DNA of 64,000 nt from Cloacimonetes bacterium UBA6081 (GTDB taxonomy: Bacteria; Cloacimonadota; Cloacimonadia; Cloacimonadales; Cloacimonadaceae). Below the pieces are notes generated by a model that made no database searches, was not told the origin of the DNA, and saw nothing but the letters and a program-made list of their open reading frames with translations. The position numbers and the translations under genes are program-made. Location of the stretch: assembly GCA_002428685.1 (NCBI GenBank), contig DIXL01000034.1, positions 49-64,048 on the forward strand, given 5' to 3'. Shown piece after piece: positions 46,799 through 58,575 of this stretch (position 1 is the first letter of the stretch; every line of letters begins with the position of its first letter).

Positions 46799-49700
46799 AT
46801 GAACGAATTACAAGATTTCATTAGCCGATACCGGCGTCAGATAAACCTCCGCTTTACCCTGCAAGCCTTGCTAAATAGCTTGGTAGGCTTTGTTATGGGT
46901 TTGCATCTGTATTATATCTTGTGGCTGAATATTGATACCCAGTCTGCTGCCTTGATCTATGCAAACATCGGCATTCGAGCTTGCATTGCGTTGGTAATTA
47001 TCTACTTTTTGTGGCAAGGATACCGTAGATTTTGGGATAAGCTGTTGGTGGCCAGGTTTTTTGACAGGCAAAGCGAACATAATGACGACCTGTTTCAAAA
47101 CACTCTGGAGCTGGCGAATAAAGAAGGCGAAACAATTATTGTCCGGGCTTTGGGCTCGCAAGCAAAACAGCGGCTTGAACAACAGCAATACAGAATCCCA
47201 CCTCTTTTCCCCTCTTGGTTGGTGTTTGGCTTGCTGTTCCTACTTTTGGGAATAGGAAGCATCTGGGCTATGTCAATTGACGATTTTCAGTTGGCTTTCC
47301 GGCAATTTTACACAAACAAACGGCAAGAAATTGTCTATAAAGACTTTATAGAACTAAGCCCCGGCAACCTGCTTATCGGACGCAATCAGGGCATAGAAAT
47401 CAAGATTCTGAATCCCGAACCCCGTTTAAAGCACAGGCTTTTTTACCGCATTGATAAACAGTGGCGCGAATTGGGCTTGGCAGGAAACAGCTATATCTTT
47501 AACCGGATGGAAAATAGCATTGAATACTATGCCGAAAACGAGGTGTGCAAATCGGCTATTTACAAGATCACGGTATTGGATGAACCAATTGCCAAACAGT
47601 GGTGGGTGGAATACAATCCCCCTGCCTACACTGGTTTGCCGGCCTGGACAGATACGCTTGGCTATGGTAATATTGAAGCCCTTAAGCATAGCAAGGTAAA
47701 GCTTTCCATCACCACAAACATCCCCGTGGAAAACGCAGTCATGGTGTTTGATGATGCCAAACGCATTCAAATGCAAGCCCTTGATAAACAAAGCTACATA
47801 ACGCAGCTTAGCATCACTGCTCCGCATACCTGGTATTTGGAATTGACTGATGCTTTGGGACGCAAAAGCAAACCGGAAGAAAAGAGCATAAAGCTTTTGG
47901 CAGATAACCCTCCGGAGATTAGAATCAGCTTTCCCGGTGAGGACATAACCCTGAATCAAAATATGCTGTTACCGCTGATTATTAATACAGATGATGATTT
48001 TGGATTGCGTAACTTATCCTTGCACTATCAAATACAGGCCAGCGAAATCCGAACCCTGAATGTGCAAAGCGTTATCGCCGGTAAGATGTATGCCACAGAA
48101 TTTCTGTTGGATTTTAAAGAGGCCGACCTTTTCCCTGGAGACGTAGTTACTTATTGGGCATCGGTTTATGACAATTCTCCCGATCAGCAAAAAGCTGAAA
48201 GCACCAAGTTTAAGGCACGGTTCCCTTCCATAGAAGAGATTTATAAGGAAATTGAGCGGCAGGAACAATCCAAGAAAAACGAACTGGAAACAGCTCTGAA
48301 CAAATCCAAAGACCTGCAAAAGGATTTTGAGGATAAACGCAGGGAGCTTTTGAAGCAAGATACTCCCAAATGGGAAGATAAAAAACAGCTTGAAAAGATG
48401 CTTTCTGAGCAGGAAAAGCTTTCTCAGCAAGTGCAAAACGTGGCGGAGAACTATCAAAACCTGATAGAAAAGATGCAAGCGAATGACACCCTTTCACCGG
48501 AAACTTTGCAGAAAATGCAGAAGATTCAAGAACTGATGCAAGAAATAAGTAACGAACAACTGCAAGAAGCCATGAAAAAGTTTGAGAATGCGCTGCAAAA
48601 CGTTAAACCCGAAGACCTGAAGAAAGCCATGGAAAACTTCAAATTCTCGATGGAAGATTTTGCCAAAAAGATAGAACAAACCTTGCAACTTTTGGAAAGC
48701 ATAAAAAAAGAACAAGCCATGCAAAAGGCTTTGCAGATATCCGAAGAAATGGAAAAGATGCAAAAGAACCTCAGCGACCGCACCATGGATGACAAAAAAG
48801 ACAATAAAGAACTGGCCGCTGATCAAAAAAAGATTGCTGATACCTATGACAAGCTAAAGGAAGAACTGGATAAGATATCAGATATGCTCAGCTCTCCCAA
48901 AGATAGTGAAGCTAAAAAGCAACTGAATGAACTGCAACAAGATATGAAGAATAGCGAACTCCAAAAAGATATGCAAAATAGTCAGAAATCGCTGGAGCAA
49001 AATCAACGCAGCCAAAGCCAGGGTGAACAGAAAAAAGCCATGGAAAAAATGCGCCGCTTTTCGATGAAGCTTGGACAGATGAAGAATTCGATGAGCTCTG
49101 GCAATCAACAGCAAACCATGCAGGCAATTCAAACCGCCATTCGCGAATTGCTTATCTTTTCCAAAAAGCATGAAGCTACTACAGCGCGGTATCGCAATGA
49201 TCCCTATGCAATTGTGCAGGATTTGATTGCCCACTCTGAAGGGATGCAAATATCTTTAAACAAGCTGTTTAGCGAAGGGCAGGTTCTGATGATTGTGCCG
49301 CCTAAGTTTTTTATAGATTTAACGGATACGAACCGGAGCTATCTGGATGCCTTTAATAGCATTAACGAAAACCAGTATTACTACTTGCCAAATCACCTGG
49401 CCGGCATTCAAAAGGGAATTAACCTGATGGTTTACGATCTGATGCAAGCCCTGCAAAATGCATCATCCGGTGGTGGGGGTGGCAGCGGAGGAATGCAATC
49501 TCTAATGAAGATGCTGGAGCAAATGGGTCAGGAACAAATGGCGATGAACATGCTAACCGAACAATTGATGATGCAAATGCAGAACCAAGGCGGAAGAATG
49601 GACAGTGCTATGCAACAACAGATTCAAAAGCTGGCACAGGACCAGGAACGCCTGGCCGAGAACCTTAAACGCGCCTTGCAAAACAGTCCGGAAGCCCAAA

Positions 49701-50032
49701 AACAAGGAAACGCCATCAAACAGCTTACGGAAGAAATGGATGCCATCACCCGTCAACTGCGCAAAAATCAGCTTTCTCCAGATTTACTTGAGAGGCAGGA
49801 ACGCATCATTAGTAAAATGCTTGATGCCCAACGGTCTATTAATAAACGTGAATTCAGCGAAAAACGCAAAGGCGAAACCGCAGACCCCACCAAAAACAAC
49901 AGCAGTAATAAAATAGACCTTAACAGCCTAAAAAAGAGCAGCCTGCTGGAAGACAGTTACCGCAGCTATCCGAAAGAATATCAACAGGTTATAATGCAAT
50001 ATTTGAAAGCTTTGAGTGAATTGGAGCAATAG
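46799..50032 (+). CDS. 1077-aa membrane-anchored coiled-coil, Gln/Met/Lys/Glu-rich protein (possibly DUF4175-like)
   Basis: AGGAG RBS and N-terminal TM helices (LVGFVMGLHLYYILWL, ACIALVIIYFLW, LVFGLLFLLLGIGSIW). A beta-rich region of about 300 aa is followed by about 500 aa of heptad-like low-complexity sequence, including SGGGGGSGGMQSLMKMLEQMGQEQMAMNML. The family assignment is from memory only. Confidence 0.6.
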   Translation: MNELQDFISRYRRQINLRFTLQALLNSLVGFVMGLHLYYILWLNIDTQSAALIYANIGIRACIALVIIYFLWQGYRRFWDKLLVARFFDRQSEHNDDLFQNTLELANKEGETIIVRALGSQAKQRLEQQQYRIPPLFPSWLVFGLLFLLLGIGSIWAMSIDDFQLAFRQFYTNKRQEIVYKDFIELSPGNLLIGRNQGIEIKILNPEPRLKHRLFYRIDKQWRELGLAGNSYIFNRMENSIEYYAENEVCKSAIYKITVLDEPIAKQWWVEYNPPAYTGLPAWTDTLGYGNIEALKHSKVKLSITTNIPVENAVMVFDDAKRIQMQALDKQSYITQLSITAPHTWYLELTDALGRKSKPEEKSIKLLADNPPEIRISFPGEDITLNQNMLLPLIINTDDDFGLRNLSLHYQIQASEIRTLNVQSVIAGKMYATEFLLDFKEADLFPGDVVTYWASVYDNSPDQQKAESTKFKARFPSIEEIYKEIERQEQSKKNELETALNKSKDLQKDFEDKRRELLKQDTPKWEDKKQLEKMLSEQEKLSQQVQNVAENYQNLIEKMQANDTLSPETLQKMQKIQELMQEISNEQLQEAMKKFENALQNVKPEDLKKAMENFKFSMEDFAKKIEQTLQLLESIKKEQAMQKALQISEEMEKMQKNLSDRTMDDKKDNKELAADQKKIADTYDKLKEELDKISDMLSSPKDSEAKKQLNELQQDMKNSELQKDMQNSQKSLEQNQRSQSQGEQKKAMEKMRRFSMKLGQMKNSMSSGNQQQTMQAIQTAIRELLIFSKKHEATTARYRNDPYAIVQDLIAHSEGMQISLNKLFSEGQVLMIVPPKFFIDLTDTNRSYLDAFNSINENQYYYLPNHLAGIQKGINLMVYDLMQALQNASSGGGGGSGGMQSLMKMLEQMGQEQMAMNMLTEQLMMQMQNQGGRMDSAMQQQIQKLAQDQERLAENLKRALQNSPEAQKQGNAIKQLTEEMDAITRQLRKNQLSPDLLERQERIISKMLDAQRSINKREFSEKRKGETADPTKNNSSNKIDLNSLKKSSLLEDSYRSYPKEYQQVIMQYLKALSELEQ

Positions 50033-50177
50033 TGGAAAGGTGGAGAAGTGAAACCAGCTTTGAAGTTTGAGGTCAATTCGTATGCAGGGGCTTATTGCAT
50101 GCGCCCTAAAGCGATGTTATCAGGTAACACACTATCTGATCAGCGTGTTACACCTTTCCTCCTTTCCTCCTTTCCAC
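50032..50177. repeat. about 146-bp palindromic mosaic element at the junction of the 1077-aa and TPR genes
   Basis: GTGGAAAGGTGGAGAAGTGAAACC (50032-55; compare 4028-4052) is roughly complementary to CACCTTTCCTCCTTTCCTCCTTTCCAC (50151-77). Inner stems are GTAACAC/GTGTTAC and ATGCA/TGCAT. Confidence 0.75.
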
Positions 50178-51904
50178 CTACCAAAACCTGGCTGATTTTA
50201 ATTGTCCTGCTACTGCTTTCTACCTGCCTGCTATCCCAATACAATGAACGTGAAATCCTTTCTCAACAGGCAAATCAGCTCTTAGCTCAGCGTCAGTATG
50301 CCCAAGCAGAGCAAATCTACAATCAGATCCTGGATAAATTCCCCGGAGATGTAAATGCCATATTACAGTTACTAAATCTGCATTTCAGCCTGTCGCAAAC
50401 CGATAAAGCAGAGGCTTTGCTGCAAAAATATCAGCGTAATATTCCAGCTCCTACCTATGACGAACAGCGAATTCTATTGCTGGTTATGCAGGCCAAAGTG
50501 GCTGAATCATGGCAAGCAAGCCTAATCTTTTTGGATACTTATGGACATGATGAATCCAAATACCGGCGTCTGGCTTCGTTCTTTGAACGCAAAGGCTTCT
50601 ATGACAAAGTGTTAGACCTGTATGCCATGGGAAGTAAACGGTTGGGAAATTCTGAACTCTTCCGCCTGGAAATTGCCAATACCGGGATGAATTATCGCCG
50701 TTTTGATCTTGCCATTCGTGAATATCTGGCTTATCTGGATAAGAACCCGGTTAATCTGTTCTTTACAAGTAATCAGATCAAAACCATTTTGCAGGAAGAT
50801 TCTACCATGATAAAGATTGTAGCGGCAATTGCAGATAGCAGCCAAAACCAGGTGATAAAAGAGGTTTATGCCAATGCGCTGCTTAGCTTTAAGGATTATG
50901 CAACCGCCCTAACCATTTATAAACAGCTTGATCCCCAAAAAACAGCCCGGTTTGCGGAGGAACAAGCTGCTGCAGGCAATGATAGCATCGCTTTTGCTGC
51001 CTATGAATATCTTGTGGCCATAGAAAACGACCAGATTAAGCAAGTAGGCTATCTGTATTGGATGGCTGGGATTAAATACCGTGATGCCCAGTATGCCACA
51101 GCCAAAGAGATTTTGCATAATGCAATTGAGCTACCTTTGTGGAAAGATAGAAATCTTAGCTACCGTGCAGCAGTGGGGGTAAAACTTCGCAAGCTGATGG
51201 CCGACACAGAATTGGCCATGGGTGCAAATGTGGATAGCGCAGTTGTTTGGCTGGAGGAAGCCAAGAAGTTTGCAAGAGACAATAGCGAAAAGCAGGAAAT
51301 GGACCTAGAGATTGCCCGCTTGATGATTATGACCGGCAACCAAACTAAGGCCGATAACTTACTAAACAGTATTACTTTGCCAAACCATAACGAGCTTAAG
51401 GAATACCTGGGCTTTTTGTCCGCAATGCTCTTTAACAATGTTCCATTTGCCGATTCGCTGATGAACAGCTTTATTATCCGCTACCCTGGCAGTCCCTATA
51501 CAAACGATGCTATCTATTTGATGATGTTGACTTTGGGTATGCAACCAGCCGATCAGCTTAGTTTCTTTTCCGCAGTGCGCTTGCTGCAATTGAACCAGAA
51601 AAGCGGAATTGATTCTTTGGAGCTTGTGTTCAGCCATAACCAGGATGAAGAATTGCGTTTGCTGGCTGTAGAATGGGCAATTGGATTCAGCGAATTTCAG
51701 CATGCCAAAGTATTACTCAATTACGAATTTAAAGATGAGGTGGCCGCAGAATATGCCGAACTGCTAAAGCTTGCTTTGGTAAATGACACTGCTGAAGAGC
51801 AAGCTCTTGCCAGAGAATTTCTTAAAGCAAAACCAAACAGCATTTTTTCTCCCGGTTTCAGGCAACGAATCAGCCGCTGGTCTGCATCAAAACCAAATTT
51901 ATAA
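50048..51904 (+). CDS. TPR-repeat protein with one N-terminal membrane helix
   Basis: TWLILIVLLLLSTCLLS is followed by TPR-like repeats (AEQIYNQILDKFPGDVNA...). The start is uncertain (GTG at 50048, ATG at 50099 or 50114) because the 5' end lies inside the palindromic element. Confidence 0.65.
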   Translation: MKPALKFEVNSYAGAYCMRPKAMLSGNTLSDQRVTPFLLSSFPPTKTWLILIVLLLLSTCLLSQYNEREILSQQANQLLAQRQYAQAEQIYNQILDKFPGDVNAILQLLNLHFSLSQTDKAEALLQKYQRNIPAPTYDEQRILLLVMQAKVAESWQASLIFLDTYGHDESKYRRLASFFERKGFYDKVLDLYAMGSKRLGNSELFRLEIANTGMNYRRFDLAIREYLAYLDKNPVNLFFTSNQIKTILQEDSTMIKIVAAIADSSQNQVIKEVYANALLSFKDYATALTIYKQLDPQKTARFAEEQAAAGNDSIAFAAYEYLVAIENDQIKQVGYLYWMAGIKYRDAQYATAKEILHNAIELPLWKDRNLSYRAAVGVKLRKLMADTELAMGANVDSAVVWLEEAKKFARDNSEKQEMDLEIARLMIMTGNQTKADNLLNSITLPNHNELKEYLGFLSAMLFNNVPFADSLMNSFIIRYPGSPYTNDAIYLMMLTLGMQPADQLSFFSAVRLLQLNQKSGIDSLELVFSHNQDEELRLLAVEWAIGFSEFQHAKVLLNYEFKDEVAAEYAELLKLALVNDTAEEQALAREFLKAKPNSIFSPGFRQRISRWSASKPNL

Positions 51905-54284
<2,380 letters not shown>

Positions 54285-54325
54285 CAAAGATTAGATACAA
54301 ATCAAGAGAAATATATGGAGACATT

Positions 54326-55315
54326 ATGAAAACACTACGCATCTTACTAATTCTGCTTCTGGCTGTTTTTGCGCTTAGTGCATGCAAAAAGAAAGCCGTC
54401 GATCAAGCTCCCGCTTTGCAAAAAGTCGGCATAACTTTGGATTGGACTCCCAATACCAATCACACAGGTCTTTATGTGGCCAAAGAACTTGGATATTTTA
54501 CTGCCGCAGGACTTGATGTGGATATCCTGCAACCAGGCCAGGGAGTAACGGATCAGATTGTGGCCACAGGTAAAAGCGCGTTCGGCGTCAGTTATCAGGA
54601 AAACGTAATCCGAGCCCGCAGCGAAAGCATTCCTCTGGTTTCCATAGCCGCAGTAATTCAGCACAACACCTCAGGTTTTGCCTCGCTAAAAAGTGCCAAT
54701 ATCAAAACCCCCGGTGATTTTATCGGCAAGCGTTATGGCTCGTGGGATTCACCTTCAGAGCAGGCTATTTTAAAATCTGTCATGGATAATGTCCGTGCCG
54801 ATTTTAGCTCTGTGAAGATTATCTCAGGTGTTTACGATTTCTTTTCCACCATTGGCAAAGATGCCGATTTTGAGTGGATTTATTATGGTTGGGACGGGGT
54901 GGAAGCCAAACGCCGGGGCATAGAGTTTAATTATATTGCCTTGAAGGATTTGAATCCCGTGTTTGATTATTACACGCCTGTTATCATTAGCAGCGAAACC
55001 TATCTGGCACAAAACCCCGAGCTTACTGCAAAGTTCATGTCAGCCGTAAAAAAGGGTTATGAATTTTGTATAGCTCAGCCGGATTCTGCGGCTTCAATTC
55101 TGCTGAAGCACGTTCCGGAGCTAAACGCAGAACAGGTTCGCCTTAGCATGCAATATCTGGCGAAGGAATATCAGGCAGATGCTCCAAGCTGGGGAATTCA
55201 AAAAGCAGAGGTTTGGAAACGTTTTATCGACTGGATGTATATTCAACGCTTGATTCCGCTTAGTGTGGAAGCTGACAAAGCCTTTAGTAATAATTATCTG
55301 CCTCAAAACCAGTGA
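54326..55315 (+). CDS. NMT1/THI5-like (NitT/TauT-type) ABC substrate-binding lipoprotein
   Basis: Lipobox LLAVFALSAC. LDWTPNTNHTGLYVA is typical of ThiY/NMT1-like binding proteins. Confidence 0.7.
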   Translation: MKTLRILLILLLAVFALSACKKKAVDQAPALQKVGITLDWTPNTNHTGLYVAKELGYFTAAGLDVDILQPGQGVTDQIVATGKSAFGVSYQENVIRARSESIPLVSIAAVIQHNTSGFASLKSANIKTPGDFIGKRYGSWDSPSEQAILKSVMDNVRADFSSVKIISGVYDFFSTIGKDADFEWIYYGWDGVEAKRRGIEFNYIALKDLNPVFDYYTPVIISSETYLAQNPELTAKFMSAVKKGYEFCIAQPDSAASILLKHVPELNAEQVRLSMQYLAKEYQADAPSWGIQKAEVWKRFIDWMYIQRLIPLSVEADKAFSNNYLPQNQ

Positions 55316-56076
55316 ATTCAAGCAGCCCTTCTATAGCCTGCATCTTGGAAGCCAGAGAGCTAAAGAAATCCTTTTTGTTCAAAGGCGAACTTTCCACGGT
55401 TTTAGAAGGGCTGAATTTTTCACTTTCTCAGGGGCAATTCATCAGTATCATCGGCCCCAGCGGATGTGGCAAAAGCACCTTTCTGGAGCTGCTTTGTGGC
55501 ATTACCAGACCGGATAGGGGACAGATATTCTTCTGCGGCGAGGAGATCACCGGCAAAACGGGAATTTTGGGATACATGCCTCAGGACGATCTGCTCTTCC
55601 CTTGGCTAACCACCATGCAAAATATCCTTTTACCGGTTCGGGTAAGGGGAGCAAACATGAACGAAGCCAGACAAAGAATAGCTGAGTTAATCCCCCTTTT
55701 TGGGCTACAGAATCACCTCAATTATCTTCCTAATCAGCTTTCCGGTGGCCTAAAGCAGCGTGTAGCCCTAATGCGAACCTACATGAGCAGCGCAAAAGTT
55801 CTCTTGCTTGACGAGCCTTTAGCCAAATTGGATGCCCTCACCCGCGCCCAACTTCAAACCTGGCTGAAAGAGATTGTGGCCAAGCTTCAGCTCACGATTA
55901 TTCTGGTTACCCACGATATTGACGAGGCTATTATGCTTTCCGACCGGATAGATTTGATGAGCATTGCCCCGGGCTGCATCTCCGAAAGTATCAACATAGA
56001 TAGAACCACTACTCATAGCGACTTAGACCTATATAATCTAAAACAACAAATTCAAGCCATGTTTATAGATTTGTAA
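55312..56076 (+). CDS. ABC transporter ATP-binding protein (NitT/TauT type)
   Basis: Walker A GPSGCGKST, signature LSGGLKQR and Walker B LLLDEP. ATGA overlap with the SBP gene, and no permease gene follows. Confidence 0.85.
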   Translation: MNSSSPSIACILEARELKKSFLFKGELSTVLEGLNFSLSQGQFISIIGPSGCGKSTFLELLCGITRPDRGQIFFCGEEITGKTGILGYMPQDDLLFPWLTTMQNILLPVRVRGANMNEARQRIAELIPLFGLQNHLNYLPNQLSGGLKQRVALMRTYMSSAKVLLLDEPLAKLDALTRAQLQTWLKEIVAKLQLTIILVTHDIDEAIMLSDRIDLMSIAPGCISESINIDRTTTHSDLDLYNLKQQIQAMFIDL

Positions 56077-56095
56077 TTATTCAATTGTTCCCAAG

Positions 56096-56213
56096 CCCTT
56101 CCTTACTCTCTCTGTTGCATGTCCCGGCTCATTCTCCCGAACCCTTCCTGAACTTTCTTCAGGTGGTGTTCAGGTGAAGCATGGGATAAGCGAGAGAGGG
56201 TAAGCAAGCGGGG
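56096..56213. repeat. mosaic palindromic repeat between convergent ABC ATPase and ffh genes
   Basis: CCCTTCCTTACTCTCTCTG (56096-56114) is roughly complementary to CGAGAGAGGGTAAG (56191-56204). 56183-56213 is the inverted counterpart of 46582-46611. RNA read from either strand is C-rich at its distal end. Confidence 0.7.
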
Positions 56214-56222
56214 TAAAAGCGG

Positions 56223-57551
56223 CTACTTTCCGCCCATCATGCGTTCCATTTGTTTCATGCCATCGGGGGTGCTCATTTTTTTCATCATCTTTTTCATGTC
56301 TTCAAACTGGCGGAGTAAACGGTTGATTTCCATCACACTGCGTCCGCAACCCTTGGAGATACGCAACCGGCGGCTGCCATTAAGAATGTCGGGGCGTTCA
56401 CGTTCTTTATCTGTCATGGATTGGATGATGGCTTCCACGTGCCTTAGGGCGTTATCGTCAATCTTCATATCTTTGGGTAGTTTAGAGCCCAAACCGGGGA
56501 TCATGCGGATGATGGATTCCAGCGAACCCATTTTCTTGATGCTTTGAAGCTGCTTTAAGAAGTCGTTTAAGGTAAACTGGTTCTTCATCATCTTGCGTGC
56601 CAGTTTCTCTTCGGCTTCCATATCCATGGCTTCCTCTGCTTTTTCAATCAGAGAAAGCACATCACCCATGCCCAGAATGCGGCTGGCCATGCGTTCGGGA
56701 TAGAAAATCTCCAGATCTCCAATCTTCTCCCCCACTCCCACAAAAGCCACCGGTCGTTCGGTTACAGCTTTGATAGAAAGGGCTGCACCACCGCGGGCAT
56801 CGCCATCCAGCTTGGTGAGAATTACTGCGTCGAAAGCCAGCTTCTTATAGAATTCTGCGGCTACATTCACGGCATCCTGACCGGTTGTAGAATCAGCTAC
56901 AAAGAAGATGTAGTCCGGTTTGATATGAGCTTTCAGGCGTGCCACTTCGTCCATCATAACTTCATCAATATGTAAACGGCCGGCTGTATCGAAAATCAGT
57001 AGATTGGTATATTCCTTATTTGCTTGAGCCAAAGCGGAATCTGCGATTTTTATCACATCTTTGGTATCTTCAAAAACCACAGGGATATCTATCTGCTTGC
57101 CAAGAATCTTTAGCTGATCAATGGCAGCCGGACGATAAACATCGCAAGCCACCATCATGGGTTTGATGCCTTTCTTACGGTAAAAGGCGGATAACTTGGC
57201 ACAGGCAGTAGTTTTTCCCGAACCTTGCAAGCCCACCATCATAACCTTGGTGAGGCGATTGTTGTAAACCTTAACTTCAAAACCTTCGGTATCCATAAGG
57301 TTGATAAGCTGCTCGTGCACAATCTTTACCACTTGCTGTCCGGGGGTTAAGGATTTTAGCACATCAGCACCCAGAGAGCGTTTCTCCACTTCGGTGATGA
57401 AGTTTTTAACAATCTTGAAGTTTACGTCGGCTTCCAACAATGCCATACGAATTTCACGCATGCTGGCTTTGATGTTGTCTTCAGTTAAGTATCCTTTGCC
57501 TTTCAGGTTGCGAAAAACCTTATCAAGCCGTTCGGAGAGGCTGTTAAACAT
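56223..57551 (-). CDS. ffh: signal recognition particle protein Ffh
   Basis: GLQGSGKTT, DTAGR and TKLDGDARGG, plus a Met-rich M domain at the C-terminus. Confidence 0.93.
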   Translation of the reverse strand: MFNSLSERLDKVFRNLKGKGYLTEDNIKASMREIRMALLEADVNFKIVKNFITEVEKRSLGADVLKSLTPGQQVVKIVHEQLINLMDTEGFEVKVYNNRLTKVMMVGLQGSGKTTACAKLSAFYRKKGIKPMMVACDVYRPAAIDQLKILGKQIDIPVVFEDTKDVIKIADSALAQANKEYTNLLIFDTAGRLHIDEVMMDEVARLKAHIKPDYIFFVADSTTGQDAVNVAAEFYKKLAFDAVILTKLDGDARGGAALSIKAVTERPVAFVGVGEKIGDLEIFYPERMASRILGMGDVLSLIEKAEEAMDMEAEEKLARKMMKNQFTLNDFLKQLQSIKKMGSLESIIRMIPGLGSKLPKDMKIDDNALRHVEAIIQSMTDKERERPDILNGSRRLRISKGCGRSVMEINRLLRQFEDMKKMMKKMSTPDGMKQMERMMGGK

Positions 57552-57566
57552 AGGTATGTCCTTTTT

Positions 57567-58214
57567 TTATCTTAAAGCGTTGATGGCTTGTTTGTAGTCT
57601 GATGAGGAAAATATGAAAGAAGCAGAAACAAGGATGTCTGCACCTGCCGAAACAAGCGCGGAAGCATTCTGGTCTGAAACTCCTCCATCCACTTCAATTA
57701 GAAATTGCAGATGCCTGTCCTGTCTAATCTGGGATAAGTACTTTATCTTATCCAGAACAAACGGGACAAAGGATTGAGCGGAATAACCCGGATTGACGCT
57801 CATCATCAAAACATAATCCAATTCCGGTAAAATGCTTTCCATAGTGTTAATCGGTGTGGCAGGATTTAACGCCAAACCGGCTTTGATGCCAAATGCCTTG
57901 ATCTGCTGAATCAAGCGATGGCTGTGGTGCACAGTTTCCTGATGAAAGCTGATCCATTGCACCCCAATTTCTGCCAATAAGGGCACATGAAAATCTGGAT
58001 TTGTTACCATCAAATGAACATCTAAGGGTAATTTACTCAAGCGTTTAATGGTTTTGATCAGGGGAAAGCCGAAGCTGAGATTTGGCACATAATGCCCATC
58101 CATTACATCAAGGTGAAGCAGATCTGCATGTGCGGCTTCCAAGGCAGAAATTTCTGTGCTAAGCCGCCCAAAGTCCGCTGAAAGCAAAGAAGGGGCTATT
58201 TGTGTTTTTTGCAT
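57567..58214 (-). CDS. rpe: ribulose-phosphate 3-epimerase
   Basis: IAPSLLSADF, HLDVMDG and MSVNPG motifs. Confidence 0.9.
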   Translation of the reverse strand: MQKTQIAPSLLSADFGRLSTEISALEAAHADLLHLDVMDGHYVPNLSFGFPLIKTIKRLSKLPLDVHLMVTNPDFHVPLLAEIGVQWISFHQETVHHSHRLIQQIKAFGIKAGLALNPATPINTMESILPELDYVLMMSVNPGYSAQSFVPFVLDKIKYLSQIRQDRHLQFLIEVDGGVSDQNASALVSAGADILVSASFIFSSSDYKQAINALR

Positions 58215-58528
58215 TTGCGCTTAGGACTGCTAATCAGGAAAACCAATTCAGCAATCTCCTCCTGATACATTAATTTGTATTTCTTTAAAATGTCTTTCTT
58301 AAGTAGAATCAGTTCCTGCATCCAGGTGTTATTTTGCACCGCCACATACAGAACTTCACCCTCAAGCTTCATAGGGTGTGAACGGCTGGATAAAAGATCT
58401 CCCACAACGTTTTTCCAGGCAAGGTAGATATGAATGAAACGCTGATAGTGTTCTCCGCCTATGCTGTAAAGCAGGTTCTCGCTCTGTTTGGAGATAGGAG
58501 TAAAAGCCATGACAACAAAATCCGCCAT
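58196..58528 (-). CDS. DUF721 (DciA-like) protein
   Basis: 110 aa. W..VVG......S.P..L.....LYVAV.N..W..EL is the typical DUF721 pattern. It overlaps the rpe start. Confidence 0.55.
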   Translation of the reverse strand: MADFVVMAFTPISKQSENLLYSIGGEHYQRFIHIYLAWKNVVGDLLSSRSHPMKLEGEVLYVAVQNNTWMQELILLKKDILKKYKLMYQEEIAELVFLISSPKRKCKKHK

Positions 58529-58575
58529 CGATGCATTAAGCGCATCGATGGCAAGATAATTTTTGGATATGGGGA

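Noticed and set aside
46448-46821. Track ORFs 46448..46642 (+) and 46639..46821 (-) as small proteins
   Set aside because: The first is the translation of the tRNA-Gly gene and the repeat element. The second lies in repeat and promoter DNA upstream of the 1077-aa gene. Neither has an RBS or coding-like composition.
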